In this document: positions 1 to 13,200 of the stretch, piece by piece | Position numbering within the stretch: the first letter of the stretch is position 1 | Layout: each line of letters opens with the position of its first letter | From: Takakia lepidozioides | Lineage: Eukaryota > Plantae > Bryophyta | DNA length: 64,000 bases | Reading direction: 5' to 3' | Assembly (NCBI GenBank): GCA_030704615.1 | Contig: CM060731.1 | Span: 55,862,001-55,926,000, forward strand | Translations under genes and position numbers: made by a program | The notes under the pieces: generated by a model | What the model saw: only the letters and a program-made list of their open reading frames with translations | Databases searched by the model: none | Told to the model about the DNA's origin: nothing

Positions 1-550
1 AAGAGATGATGCATGTCATTGGGAATGGTGATAGAAGGGCTGTCTGTCCAATAGGGCACTTGCATCAGAAAAGGGAGATAAAAGGAAGAAGAGAGATCCG
101 CATCAGCAAAAGAATGATGAGAGGAGGTCAGTTGAGAGATAAAGGAAAGACCATGAGTGGATAGAAATATCATACTTGCACTGTATGGTAGATACATGTT
201 GCCTTGCACTTGATTGCATGACAACAAAGGGGGTTCAATGTAGATGTACATGCAAATGGTGAACTCATATGCTGTCAAACTGGTAAGCTGTTTGAGTGAC
301 TATATCAGCATGAAAACTAAGCTGGTGCAAGACAGAACCCTACAGGCCTGTTGCACTATGCAGGAAACACCTTCACTTGTCCCATCCATGTCTTCTCTTC
401 CGCTGCGGCGTGGATGAGGGCTTCATGAACTCTGATCATAAACAACATGTAGCCAACCTGTGTGGGAGAACCAGGATAACAACAAGACCTTGCACTAAGA
501 ACTAGATTAGGATTAGACAGAAAGGGGATATATGCCCCCTTCTTTTCACA
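1..550 (+). mobile_element. 3' portion of an LTR of retroelement family B
   Basis: 380-419 is the exact reverse complement of 19271-19310. 500-546 matches the LTR end next to the Met-PBS at 19099-19140. Ends in ...TTTTCACA. Confidence 0.65.
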
Positions 551-1450
551 CTACAGTAGTAACAATTCTCAGTAGAATGGTTATCCATTTTACAGATAGT
601 ACAGTGTTTTCTCCTTCATGTGGCAGTGGTGGTATGGCCTTCATTCTGGCACTTTGCACACCAAACACCCTTCCTCCAATGTGTTACAGCCTCTGTGGCA
701 TACTTCTTCAAGATTTCTTCTAATCTTTTCTCATAGTTATCCCTCTTCAACTTCTCCTTTCTCTTACTCTTCCTTTTCAGTTCTTGCTCTTCTCTCATCT
801 GACTCATCCTCAGAGTCCTCATCATCCCTTTTCTCTCTCCTGAGCATTACTCTGGTCTTAGTCCACTCACAAACCAAGTCTTCTGTAAACCTGGTGCTGG
901 TACAGCAGCCAGCTTTTTCATCATCAATTCCATCTTTTCCATATACTCCTCAACAGTTTCATGCTTCTTTTGCTTTAACTGTTGTAAACTTCCATACACT
1001 TCATCCTCAGTTTTACTTGTCCTGAACCTATTTCGGAATGTTGTATTCAAGCCATTCCAGGTTAGGAAATGATTATCAGGGAATCTTGCATACCATTCAC
1101 TTGCTTTCTTGATAAGTGAACAAGGAAACAATCTCATCTTGGCATCATCGCCATTCTCATTGTTCACTATACACATGTGCTCAAATTGGCTAATGTGTAC
1201 ATCGGGATCCCCTTTTCCTGAATATATTGGAAAAGGTGGTTTTGCCCGTGTTGGTTGTAACGCCATCTGTGGCCCTACCTTCTGCCCTGACAGGTGCTGG
1301 CACCCTTGCTGTGTTTGGTCCTTGAGGACCTGTTGTTGTTGTGGTGGATCTTCCCAAGTGGTGGCCCCTGAGCACTCCCTGCTACTGGCCCCACGATATT
1401 CACAGTATTCCCAGCTCCAATTGGACTACTTCCCACACTCCCTGTCCCCC
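551..1450 (-). pseudogene. Gypsy family A gag fragment (capsid + Zn knuckles), internally deleted near 845
   Basis: Near-identical to 14787-15773 of the full element (MALQPTRAKPP...; CAKCQNEGHTT). Confidence 0.9.
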
Positions 1451-1451
1451 C

Positions 1452-1666
1452 ATGTGACTGGCTGTGTGAAACTGTGACGGGCTGTGACTGGCTGTGCGAC
1501 TGTGTTTGGCTGTGTCGGCTGTGACGACTGTGACGGGCTGTGTAACCCCCCTCTACAGTGCGCTGCTGTCACCCCCTAAGGCTCCTGTTGGTCTCAGTCT
1601 GTGCAAAAATTAAGGGTACCCTACAGATCCCGTATAAGTGTCTAAGTCCCCGACAGTCCTCTAACA
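1452..1666 (-). mobile_element. Family A LTR, 5' (U3) part, lying in an inverted segment
   Basis: Begins TGTTAGAGGAC on the minus strand at 1666. Matches the start of the LTRs at 18153, 5729 and ~38516. Confidence 0.9.
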
Positions 1667-2629
1667 ATTACCAACACTGGTTTATGTGATAGCATTGCTA
1701 TCCATTAAGCGAGTAGAGTTTGAAGGCTGGGAGGAAAGAAAGGTGAATGTTTTTACTCATATGCATGAAGAGCTTGTACTGGTAAAGAATTGGATTCCAA
1801 AGGATATTTTGTGGATCAAACTCACACCAAGAACAGCTTTCCAGACTTGTTTGCCATATGGTTATATGGTAACGGAGACTTCTAGTATAGCCAAGGGTGC
1901 ATTGAAGCTTGAAAGAAACCCAGGCATATACGAGAGATATTACAAAAGAGAGTTTTGGTTGTTGCCACATTAAAAGAAATGAAAGACATGGGACATGAGT
2001 GATGAAAGAGAAGCTAGACGCCAAAGATATTCAGCAAAAAGAGAAAGCTATCTGAAAGCTAATTATCCATATCTTTGGGAGAGAGGAATAGACATAGGGG
2101 AATCATCTGGACCTCTCACACCATTAAGATCAGAGAGTACATCACCCATACCGGAAGAACTAGAGTTGGATGCCACTCCTTCTTTTTCTTTGCAAGAAAG
2201 ATTAAGGGAATTGGTACGGGAAGAAGATCAATCACGAGGTGAAAGATCTGAGGTACATCCCTTGATAAAAGATTTGATAGAAATCTTTGATAAGAGTTGG
2301 CATGGAACACCAAAAGCAGGAACTCCAGTTTCTGAAGCGGAAGGTGAAGAAGGAGCAGAGGATGTGGCAGAGCCAACGGAGAGTTCAGACTCTCCAACAC
2401 CATTGCAGTTGAGTTACATGAGTGAAGAAGAAACCCAAGGGCAGAACTTGGAGGATGAAAATAGAGAGAAGAAATTGGAAGAGGAAGAGTATGAAGAAGT
2501 AGACCCAACAGCTGAGGTTCAGACTACAACCAGGACATCCTAACCCGTTGGACCTGGATCAAGTGGAGCACTTGGATCACAGGCCAACGAAGGTGTCGGC
2601 TCAGGGGGATCAGGCGGGCTGCCTGGATC
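1667..2629 (+). pseudogene. Family A ORF0 3' half plus gag N-terminus (inverted segment)
   Basis: ORFs 1686-1973 and 1995-2543 match 16438-17133 and 14467-16416. Premature TAA at 2541. Confidence 0.9.
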
Positions 2630-3748
2630 AGCTGTCACGATCATAGGGAACGGAGAGCAAGACAGGGAACGACTGTGGGAAACAACACCTGCGAAGGGAA
2701 CATGTTAGTTCACAGACGACGGTTAGTGAGGGAAACGGTTAGAACCACGGGTAGGAAGATAAAGGGAGAAGCGGGGAATTTTGGGGATATGATTCGGAGG
2801 AGGACTTCTTGGTCATGGAGGAGAGGGGATCGGGCAGAGATGAAGAACGGAAGTGAAGATAGAGAGATGATGAGTAGATGCTTGAGATATGCAAGGCTGT
2901 AATGATATTATAGAGCAGATTAGAGACACAATGGCTTCGGCCTGATACCTGATAAATCATAATCGGATACTTTTACGATACAATCACACTGTGTAGAGAG
3001 ATCTGAGTGAAGCTGTGGAATGAATGGATGAGTTGATGGAATCCAATAGATTGATAAAGCAAACTGATACTTAATTATCAATGGTAAGATAGCTAACATG
3101 AATGCCAAAAGGGAAACAAATAGGAAACACCCCCATGATACACTAGCTGTAGGTCATGACTGATTGTTCTGCGCGGGCTGAGTACTTAGAGATTTCCAAC
3201 TCTTCTATCTTGGAGTTTCCGCCTCGAATAGCGAAGGGATGGGTGAGTAAAAGCCGTGCGACATTTGGCGACCATACTGGGGAACTAAGTAATGAACAAC
3301 CAGATGTGACAGGCATCTGGTGGGATCATGGTGGTTGGACCATTAAATAATTTGAAGTGAATCAAATTCCCTGTGGAACGAAGGAAGAAAGATTGTCCAA
3401 ACAATTCTTTCAAAGGTTCTTGGAATTGCCAGACGGTTGTAAAGAAAATATTCTTAAGCGAGTGCATGATGCTGATCCGGAATGGGGTCTGGAGAAAAGA
3501 GTGATAAAGATTTATCAGGTAGCCTGTAGAGGAAGAGCACGTTGGTTACCCACGTTGGTTTATGTGATAGCATTGCTATCCATTAAGCGAGTAGAGTTTG
3601 AAGGCTGGGAAGAAAGAAAGGTGAATGTTTATACTCATATGCATGAAGAGCTTGTACTGGTAAAGAATTGGATTCCAAAGGATATTTTGTGGATCAAACT
3701 CACACCAAGAACAACTTTTCAGACTTGTTTGCCATATGGTTATATGGC
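2630..3748 (+). mobile_element. Family A LTR 3' part (to 3263), PBS (3266-3283) and truncated ORF0
   Basis: LTR end GCCGTGCGACA, PBS TGGCGACCATACTGGGGA. ORF0 has an internal stop at 3348 and is cut at ~3748. Confidence 0.9.
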
Positions 3749-4802
3749 AAATCTGTTCCTTGCCGAATCACCTCATTGTTATGCATCTTCTTTTTGTGAA
3801 TCTCTTCTTCAGAATGCAAGCCTTCGCATGTCCACACTTTTGGCTTCCCCATATGGTTTTTCTCCCCTTCGTATGCCCTAATGACTTGTCCACTCCTTTC
3901 ATTCATCATCACGTACAAGTTTAGGTGTTATCAGGTCTTGATTCTTCAGGCTATCCCCTCTCCTTTTCACCATCTGCCGGGCCTTTCTATTGTATGAATG
4001 CTTCCACACCTGATACTCCATGCTCCCTTCATCTCGCCCAGCATTTGTCAATGCTTTAACATACAAAGAAGTTTCAATTTCCTTTTCCTTGTCTTGGATT
4101 AGGGTACCTGGTGCCCCAAAGATCATGTTATTGACTGATGAGGTACCTAGCTCCAAGAGCAGCTGGAGCCACTGCAGCTCTGCCTGAAGATGCTTGTCAT
4201 CACTACGGGGTTTATCCACGCATTCTTCTTTGGCCTGACTCAGTTCTTGGTTGGAATTTGCTAGAGCCAACCGTAACTGTTGATTTTCCACTACCAAGAC
4301 GTCTATCTGTATTTCAGTTTTTCTCTGCAATGCTAGGGTAGCTACAACGCTATCTCGGGTGTCCTTTACCTTTGATTCCTCCTTCAGTGTTGCCACAAGC
4401 TCGGCATTCAGCCCACTTAGTTTCCTTCCCTCATCGGGAGATGTCCCTCCATTTTCCAACTGCATATGAGTGTGTTTTACTGTTGCCTCCATCTCCAAGC
4501 TGCAGTTTTCCTTTGTGAGATTCCCCTAGTATCTGAGCTCTGTTGTATTCCTCATCCCCCATCACACTCATTCGTCCACTGGAAACACTAATCTTTGGTA
4601 ACATGGCAGTATCATGCCCAGACTCCCCAAGCTTGTCTTGATCTAGGCGTGCATCTTTCCTTAGATCTTGTCTAGTTTGAGCAAGTATCGTACACTCTTC
4701 CTCAACCCACTCCATCAGTTCTGTCCAAGACTGGTTGTCATCTTTCTCTACTATGACATTCACTTCACTGGTTGTACCACTATTGCCTGGGGAGAGGGTG
4801 GT
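3749..4802 (-). pseudogene. Distal internal region of the family B element (coiled-coil/acidic ORF remnant), target of the family A insertion
   Basis: The reading frame rejoins across the GTGGT TSD: ...GEFGHDT|TLSPGNSG... (18154 side to 4797 side). Confidence 0.7.
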
Positions 4803-5729
4803 TGTCGCGCGGCTTTTACTCACCCATCCCTTCGCTATCCGAGGCGGAAACTCAAGATAGAAGAGTTGGAAATCTCTAAGTACTCAGCCCGCGCAGAACA
4901 ATCAGTCATGACCTACAGCTAGTGTATCATGGGGGTTTTTCCTATTTGTTTCCTTTTCCGCATTCATCTTAGCTACCTTACCATTGATAATTAAGTATCA
5001 GTTTGCTTCATCAATTTATCGGTTTCCTTCACTCCTCCATTCAATCCACAGCTTCACTCAGATCTCTCTACACAGTGTGATTGTATCGTATAAGTATCAG
5101 ATTATGATTTATCAGGTATCAGGCCGAAGCCATTGTGTCTCTATTCTCCTCTACAATATCCCTACAGCTTTGCATATAACAAGCATCTACTAATCCTCTT
5201 TCATCGTGCTCACCGACTCCGCTCCCGCCTGACTCCGAAGTCCTCCCGAATAATGATAATAATGATCCCTCATCATTCCCCGTTCTCCCTTTATCCTCCT
5301 ATCCGCGGTTCTAACCGTTTCCCTCTCTAACCGTCGTATGTGAACTAACATGTTCCCTTCACTGGTGTTGTTCCCCACAGTCGTTCCCTGTCCTACTCTT
5401 CGTTCCCTATTATCGTGACAGCTGTGTCGACTGTGACGGCTGTGTGGGCTGTGTGGGTTGTGACGGGCTGTGTGGCTGTGTGGGCTGTGACGGCTGTGTG
5501 GGCTGTGACTGCTGTGTCGGCTGTGACGACTGTGACGGGCTGTGTTGGCTGTGTGGGCTGTGACGACTGTGTGGGCTGTGACTGCTGTGTCGGCTGTGTG
5601 GGCTATGTAACCCCCTCTACAGTGCGCTGCTGTCACCCCTAAGGTTCCTGTTTGTCTCAGTCTGTGCAAAAATTAAGGGTACCCTACAGATCCCGTATAA
5701 GTGTCTAAGTCCCCTACAGTCCTCTAACA
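4803..5729 (-). repeat. 3' LTR (927 bp)
   Basis: Near-identical to 17026-18153 except for a shorter GGCTGTG-type minisatellite. Confidence 0.97.
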
Positions 5730-5746
5730 TTTACCCCTTCCCCCTC
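5730..5746 (-). promoter_or_regulatory. Polypurine tract
   Basis: GAGGGGGAAGGGGTAAA directly precedes the 3' LTR on the minus strand. Confidence 0.9.
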
Positions 5747-5767
5747 AAAAAGCCGTGTCCTCACGGT

Positions 5768-8700
5768 TTACTGTTTCTGAGTAGCAACCCTTTGTGAGTG
5801 AGCACCTTGTTGACGTTGAGAGTTTCGTGGCGGGCTGTGTGTACGAGCCCGAGGTCTGTCTCTGGTTGACGGAGATGGTTGATCACTACCTGGATAAGTG
5901 AGGCCTTCTGGAGGCTGATATCGAGGTAATCTTTCCGGCATAGGAGATCCCCTTTGTTTCTTCTCTTCCATCTGAATTGCATAGTCTTCTCCCATGTCAA
6001 AAGAATTCTGTGAAGAAACAGTTGTATCAGAATCCTCATCGCCTCTCAGGTGTTTTAATTTTCGAACTTTTTGTGGAATCATCTGGGGCATACAATGCTG
6101 TCCTACCATGTCTGGAAGTTTGCATTTTACAACCTGGTGTAACCGTTGAACAGCAAAATTGGTGTAGACACTGAGCTCCTTGTCTGTCCAAATGAGTGGG
6201 GTACCAATTACTGGTGCAGCGTGCAAGTATTTCCATGCGATATGTCCCTTATAGAAAATGTCATCAAGTCCGAATTTCTGTGTTGACAAATTGTTGCAGG
6301 CTGCTTGAAACCATGAACGAATTTGAGAATCCTTCTGTATCATAACTTTTGGGTCATATAGGTACATATGAGGTGGCACCGAAGGTAATACCCAATGATC
6401 TCCACTGGAGTAACTTTGAAAGCGTGCTTGCATCTTTTGTTGCTCAATGTGGTAACGTATCAGAAAACAAGCAGCGTAGTATAACCCGCACCCCATGACA
6501 ATACTTGCTATTTCCTTGGTCTTGGTATAAATGAGTCCATGTACAACCTGGAAAGCAACCAATTCCCTCAACATGGTACCTGCCTCGTGCCAGTATTGTG
6601 CAAAGTGATGATCTTCAATATGTCGATTGTTTGGAAGAACTTTAGTCCTGGTTGCCACTGGCAGCCAAATACGCATGATTTGGTAGTAATGTGCGAATGA
6701 CTGCGGAGGACTAAATTCTTTCCAAGCCAAATCCAACATGATGGGAATTTGGTTGAAGGGCATAATCATAGCCCTACTGTACTCCCTGGCAGCTGGAGTT
6801 TTAGGTGGGTTAAAAGCTGCATTGCCCCATACCTCCGGCTGTGGTGGCTGTGGTGTGGTTGTAGTAACCACAGGTTCAGCTACTGGTACACTGACCTGTT
6901 GTGGTGGTGGTGGTACTGGTTCCTGTACCATTGGCATCTCCTGCACCTCCTGTGAAGACTGAAAAGCCAGAGTTCTGGCTTGCAAATAAGAAGCCATTAG
7001 CTGTTCCTGAGGGATATAGACTCTTTGGTCGATGTTTGAAGTGAGGTCTTCCACTTGAGTCTGGAGTCCGTCTACATCCTCTTGTAACTCTGCTATCCTA
7101 CTATAGACATTGTCTATAGTAGTTGTGGCAATGTTCTGCACCTGCAGTCTGAGCTCATTCATCTCGCTTTGGGTGAGCTTCCGTGGGCTTTTGCCCTCTA
7201 CTGGCCCTTGTGCTAACCAGACCTGCATAAGGCTGTTATCCACCAAGCTGCTTGTGGTTCCCCTGAGAGTTTGCTCCTCTCTTAGCTTATACAATTCCAA
7301 CTGCTGTTGTAAATCCTTCATGCGCTTCGCCTGTGGCTCAACCAATTGCGCATAGGCAGCAAGTAGATTATTGGCTTCTTTCGAAGCCTTGTTACTGACC
7401 GCGATTTCATTTCTATTGGCCACGATGGTTTGTTGCAACTCCACGATGTATTTCTCATTCTCAGCTTCCATCTGCCTGTATTGCTTGAAAGTATCTTCAT
7501 TGCGACAGATTGTATTCTTCATATCGACAATGAGCTTCATGTGCTCCACATTCTCTTCTTCTGCCTTCGTACATTTTTCCGCTTGACTGTTTATTTCTTT
7601 TGTTGATTGGTCAAGCATAGTTGTAAATGTAGCGCATTGTATCGCCATCCTGTTATGCACTGTCTGCAACTCCGTATGTAGTGCATTCAGTTCTTGCAAC
7701 TTGCTTTCATGCTGCACCTGCATTTGGTATAGCTGTTGCTTATGTGCTTCGTGCAACTGGTCTTGCGCGAGGCCTGCCTCAATCAATTGTTGCTTGGCCA
7801 ATTGCAAAGCCATTTCTGTATTGGCCAAGTCCTGCTTCATCTTGAGAGTGACCTCTTCATCGACCTTGTTTGCACACTCAGTGGCAAGTCGAGCCTCAAA
7901 CTCCTTCCTGAGTTCTTCTTTCAAGGCTGTCAATTGGGTAATTGGAACATGGGTTTTGACATAAGTCCCCAACAAATTAAGTGTCCTGCCTATGGAACTC
8001 ATCAGCATTGCCTGTTGAGGGTCATCATGGTGAGGTTGCTGCTGTTCCTCCCGATCTTCAACAGTATGATGTCTCACTAACCATTCAGACCATTGTCCCA
8101 CCGGATTTTCTTCCTGAACTACTTCATTTATGACCGGTGCTACAGTGTCATGGCCTTCCGCCTGTGGTACCTCCGACACAGGTGTGTGCATTATATGTAC
8201 CTCAGGATTTTCTTGGGCAACTGTTGCACCTCTGGGATTTCTGTCTGCTTGACCAGACCAGAATATTCATAGAGAAGGTCCCCTTTCTCTATTTCTGCCA
8301 CTATCTGTTCTGTAGTTGGAATATCTATCCCTTCACTTTCCAAATCAATTATTTCGGGTTGAGCTGCATGGATAACTTGTGACCTTGTGACAAGTCGTTC
8401 AAGTGGCTGTGTTGGTTGTGATGCAGAAGTAACTTCTTCCTCCCTCTCTGAAGGTCCTGCTTCCAGTAATAACATTCTTTTGTGCTGCTGTGCCCCTTCC
8501 TGGTCATGAGCTTGGGAAACATTATCATGCGGAATCCGTGAAGCCAGTGGATCCGCCACTACAGTCTTTCCCCTTCTCTGCCTCTTAGTCTCGGGTTGTG
8601 CTGCTAGTCCACCCTCACTGTGTGAAGAGCCTTGCTCTTCCATTGCAGTTGTTTCTGGCTCAAACACTCCCATTTCCTTCCTTTCTTGTGCATTAAGTAT

Positions 8701-9735
8701 GCCAGAACTAAGGATTATTTGAGCAATGATTGGGCCAGACACTATGATAGGAGATTTTGCGGTAGTACCTTGTAATCTTTTCATCTCCTCTACCAGTGCG
8801 TTGTACATTATGTCCGCCCATGGTACCTCTTGTCCCTTCAAGCCTTTGAGGATTTCCTCTGTGAAGGATCTGCTCAAATATTGTTGGTTCTGTTTCAGGG
8901 CAATCAGAACGTTCAATACTTGGCCTATGTCTTTTAACCCTGGGTACACAGCTTTGGTACAAGCATAACCCTGAGTTTTAAAGAAACTCCCTTCTTGGAA
9001 TAAATCCCCTATTTGCAGTCTTTCCCTGTGTTCCTCCACATACACATGACCTGCTGGCAATCGAAACAATTGCTGGAGGTATAGGGGAGTAATCATTAAT
9101 TCAACTCCCTTCACCGTTGTTGTTCCTGTCTTTGGCTCAAAGTTCTGCAAAAATTGTAACATGTACTGTCTATGGTGTAGTGTCCAATCCATGCTTTGCA
9201 ATCCTTCCAATCTCAGCTCCTTCAGTATCTTTATCGCCTGTGGGGTAGCCATCGTTTGTTTTTGCAGAATTGTGGTGCTCTTCACCCTGATTTCCTCCAT
9301 TCCTCTCACTCTCTTCATCTTAGACTCACAGAACTGCTTTGGCTGTAACAACTGCAGGAATGCCTGTAGTGCACAAAGCAGAAACGTATGGTTGCCGCAG
9401 AAAGCTATGGGTAATCTCTTGTAAGCCTGCGGGGCTTGCAAGCATTGTTCAAGAGAAAAGCTCTGCTCTTTCGTTTCGTGTCTCTGCCATTGCGTAAGTA
9501 ATATTGCGAGCGTATAGTCTGTTAGTTCCTCCATAGTTTCCAAGTTATAGCATTTATGGCCTGTCCTGTCGAGACGCCCGTTACTCAGAACGACGCCGCC
9601 TCTTGCGCTTAATTTTCCTCCATTTTCTTGATCATTTCTCTGGTTTTCTATTGGCTGTATCCGCTGTGACTGGATTTTAACTTTTATCTTCTTTAGTGGA
9701 CTTTCCCTGTTGGATAGTCCACTAGGATCACACAT
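5768..9735 (-). CDS. Extra sense ORF3 after pol; probably one ~1,320-aa protein split by a 1-bp frameshift near 8225
   Basis: ORFs of 514 aa and 807 aa. The first has TTTVKGVELMITPLYLQQLFRLP, resembling the Athila-type extra-ORF/plant-mobile-domain segment. The second has a long coiled coil. The frame of the second ORF already reads VAQENPEVHI upstream of its ATG. Confidence 0.75.
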
Positions 9736-10009
9736 GCGACATGAATTCAGTTTTTTGTACTTGCCGTTCGTTCTGTTTCCCTTTTTCCGTATTCATTAAT
9801 GGGCCCGCCTTTCATCCCTTTTGACGGCCGTTCTTGTCCTCTTTCTTTTTGACACCTGTCCTTGCACTTCATTCTCTGCTGTGTGTCGCACCCTGACCTC
9901 CACGTGTCTATTTTTAAATTAATTTCCGTTTCTTCTTCCTTCAGCCATTTTCCTGAAGTTTTTATGTGTCCACTTGTCACTGATTCTATGGATCGTGTAA
10001 CTTTAGTAG

Positions 10010-10282
10010 GCTGTGTTGAGCTGTGACAGGCTGTGTCATACTGTGTTACGCTGTGATAGGCTGTGTTGCACTGTGGTAAGCTGTGATAGGCTGTGACACG
10101 CTGCGGTAGGTTGTGATAGGCTGTGTCACGTCGTGACGGGCTGTGATAGGCTGTGTCACGCCGTGCTGGGCTGTGATAGGCTGTGTCACGCCGTGATGGG
10201 CTGTGATAGGCTGTGTCACGCCGTGATGGGCTGTGATAGGTTGTGTCACGCCGTGATGGGCTGTGATAGGCTGTGTCACGTT
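10010..10282 (-). repeat. 30-bp tandem repeat encoding (GVTQPITAHH)n at the integrase C-terminus
   Basis: About 8 copies of GGCTGTGATAGGCTGTGTCACGCCGTGATG. Confidence 0.95.
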
Positions 10283-13200
10283 TGTTTTGCCCACCCCGGT
10301 CATATATATGGGCCTAGCGACAAGTGTTCCATACTCCGTTCGTAACACTGGTGCAGCCCGTGACTGCTCTTGCGGTTCAACATGCAAATCATGCTGCAGG
10401 GGTTTGTCATGGATACCACTGTACCCCTTCAACTTATTTGCATTGACTCTTCCCAGCATTTCTTTGTTAATGGTTTGTAACATGGCTGTGTTGTTATCAT
10501 ACATCTTTTGTATGACATAAGGTCCTTTCCATGGTGATTTAAGCTTAGAAGCTTGAATCTTTCCTTTCTTCTGCAACCATAGAACCAAATCCCCCGTCTT
10601 AAAAGTCTTTAACTTGCCTTCATCAAACTGTTCCTTTCTCTTCATCTGAATTCTGGTCATATTATCAGCTGCATCAGCACGTACTTCTTCCACATGGTAT
10701 AATTCATGTTTCCTGACCTTGATGGAGTCTTGCAATTCCATTCTTTTTCCCCACTCCGTTCTCATGGTAGGTAACAGGAATTCCACTGGAAGTAAGGCTT
10801 CCATACCATAAACTAATTGGAATGGTTTATACTTGTGGTGACTTTATACGAAGTCCTGTATGACCATAAAGCTGTCAGCAGCTTTGTATCCCAATCCGTT
10901 CTGTTTGCATTGACTATCTTAGCCAAGATAGTACATAGTATTTTGTTGGTAGCCTCTGCCTGTCCATTACCCTGTGGGTAATATGTTGTACTCTTTCTAT
11001 GCACAATCATAAACTCTTTAGTCAATAACTCAATGGTCTCATTCATGAAGTGACTTCCTTGATCACTGATAAATTCTAAGGGACATCCAAATCGTGTAAG
11101 TATGTTCTCGTACAGGAACCTTGCTGTGGACTTGGCTGTGTTGTCCCTCAAAGCTTTAGCTTCCACCCACTTTGTAGTATAATCAGTGGCTGTAATTATG
11201 TACCTGTTTTGTGTATTCTTGGATGGTGGATTAATTGGTCCAACAAAGTCTAGTCCCCATTTCTGAAATGGTTCCGTAGGCATTGTAGGATGCAAGGCCA
11301 TTCTTCCAGATCTCTGCAAAGGTCCTAGCCTCTGACATTCATCACACTTCTGACAATACTCATGTACATCTTTGAACAACGTAGGCCACCAGTATCCTGC
11401 GAGTAGTATCTTTCTACTGGTAGTCTCTTCTCCAAAATGACCTCCAGCCACTCCTTTATGAACTTCCTCCAAGACTTTATTTACTTCATGGTGGTACAAG
11501 CATCGTTTTAGTACCCCATCTGGTCCTAACTTATACATTCTGCTTCCTACCATAGTATAAGGTAAAGCTTTGATAGCGATTCTCTTCCTCTGCTCCTTAC
11601 CATAACTAGGTGGGCACTGACCATGAGCAAGGTAGTATCTGATTGGCCACTGCCAATCTAACCATTCATCTGCACTTCCTTGCACCTCCATTACAAATAA
11701 ACTCGCATCAGGTAACTGATCGTCCACTCCTGTGGCGGCCTCTCCTGTTGTTAGTCGTGACAAATGATCTGCCACAAGATGCAAACGGCCAGGCTTGTAA
11801 ATAACCTCGAACTCAAACTCATGCAAGATTATTAACCACCTCGCTATCCTTCCACTTATCAAAGGTTTGTTCACCAGATATATCAGAGCCTGGTGATCCA
11901 CATAAAACATAAACTTTCTTCCCAATAGGTAATGCCTGAATTTCTTCACTGCATAGATCATTGCCAATGCTTCTCTTTCCGTTGTGCTATAGTTCCTCTC
12001 AGCACTGTTCATCAACCGGCTAGCATAGTACACAGGTGAATCTATATTCCCTGTAACATTCTGGGCTAACACCGCTCCCAACGCTTCTCCTGATGCATCG
12101 CAGTGAACATGAAATACTACATGCCAGTGAGGGTTAATCAGCACAGGTGTAGTTGTTACTGACAGTGTAAGTTCCTCAAACGCCTGTTGACATTCAGCTG
12201 TCCATGCAAACACTGCATCTTTCTTCAGAAGCTTGCTCAATGGTGCTGCTATTTGTGCATACCTTTTGACAAATCTTCTGTAATAACTGGTTTGCCCAAG
12301 GAATCTCCTTAAACTCTTAACATTCACTGGTGGTGGAGAGACTTTAATGGACTCTGTCTTCCTGGGATCCACAAGGAGTCCCTTCTTACACACAATGTGT
12401 CCCAGAAGCACCCCTGAGTTCACACAAAAGTACACTTCTCTGGGTTCAAGCCCAGACCTCTCATCCTGCATCTGGCCAGGCATAACTCCAATTTATGCAA
12501 GTGCTCATTCTTAGAGCTGTACACACTGAAATCATCCAAAAACACCTGCATGAAATCATCCAGATACTCTTGAAAAGATTCACTTATCACTCTCTGAAAG
12601 GTCGCTGGTGCATTACAAAGTCCAAAGGGCATGACTTTGTATGCATAAGCCCCCCAGTCTGTGATGAAAGCTGTTTTCCCTTGGTCTTCTTCTGCCACTT
12701 GCACTTGATTATAACCACTGAAGCCATCCATGAATGAGTACATCTCATGGCCTGCCACAGTGTCTAATACTGCTTCTGTGAATGGCAAAGGGAAAGGATC
12801 TTTCTTCGTACAAGCATTCAGCTTCTTATAGTTCACACATACTCTTAGTTTGCCATTCTTCTTGGGAACTATAACAATGGGTGACAACCAAGTTGTATAC
12901 TCTATTGGGTATATAAACTTAGCCTCAGCCAACTTCTTTATCTCTTCTCCAACCTTCTGTGCGTAGTTGGGATTCATTCTATACCTCGCCTGCTTGATTG
13001 GTACTGACCCTGGTTCCAGTTCAATTTTATGCTGACAGACTTCAGGTGGTATCCCTTTTAGATCCTCATAGCTCCAAGCAAATACATCTCTGTATTTGAT
13101 GAACAAGCTTTTAGCTTCTTCAAAGAACTCTGGCTCCAAATCAGCTCCTACTTTCACCATTCTCGGTTCCTCCTGAGTTCCCACATTTACTTCTCTCACC

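Noticed and set aside
5190-5669. His/Ser/Thr-rich ORFs in the LTR minisatellite (also 17662-18242 and 38573-38842)
   Set aside because: Low-complexity repeat translations whose frames are not conserved between LTRs.
5768-8191. Retroviral envelope gene
   Set aside because: No signal peptide or clear transmembrane segment is visible; it is coiled-coil rich.
8189-8193. TAATG stop/start overlap suggesting termination-reinitiation between the 514-aa and 807-aa ORFs
   Set aside because: The downstream frame already reads as sensible protein upstream (VAQENPEVHI). One missing A at GTGCAACAG explains it, like the other 1-bp losses in this element. Not fully excluded.
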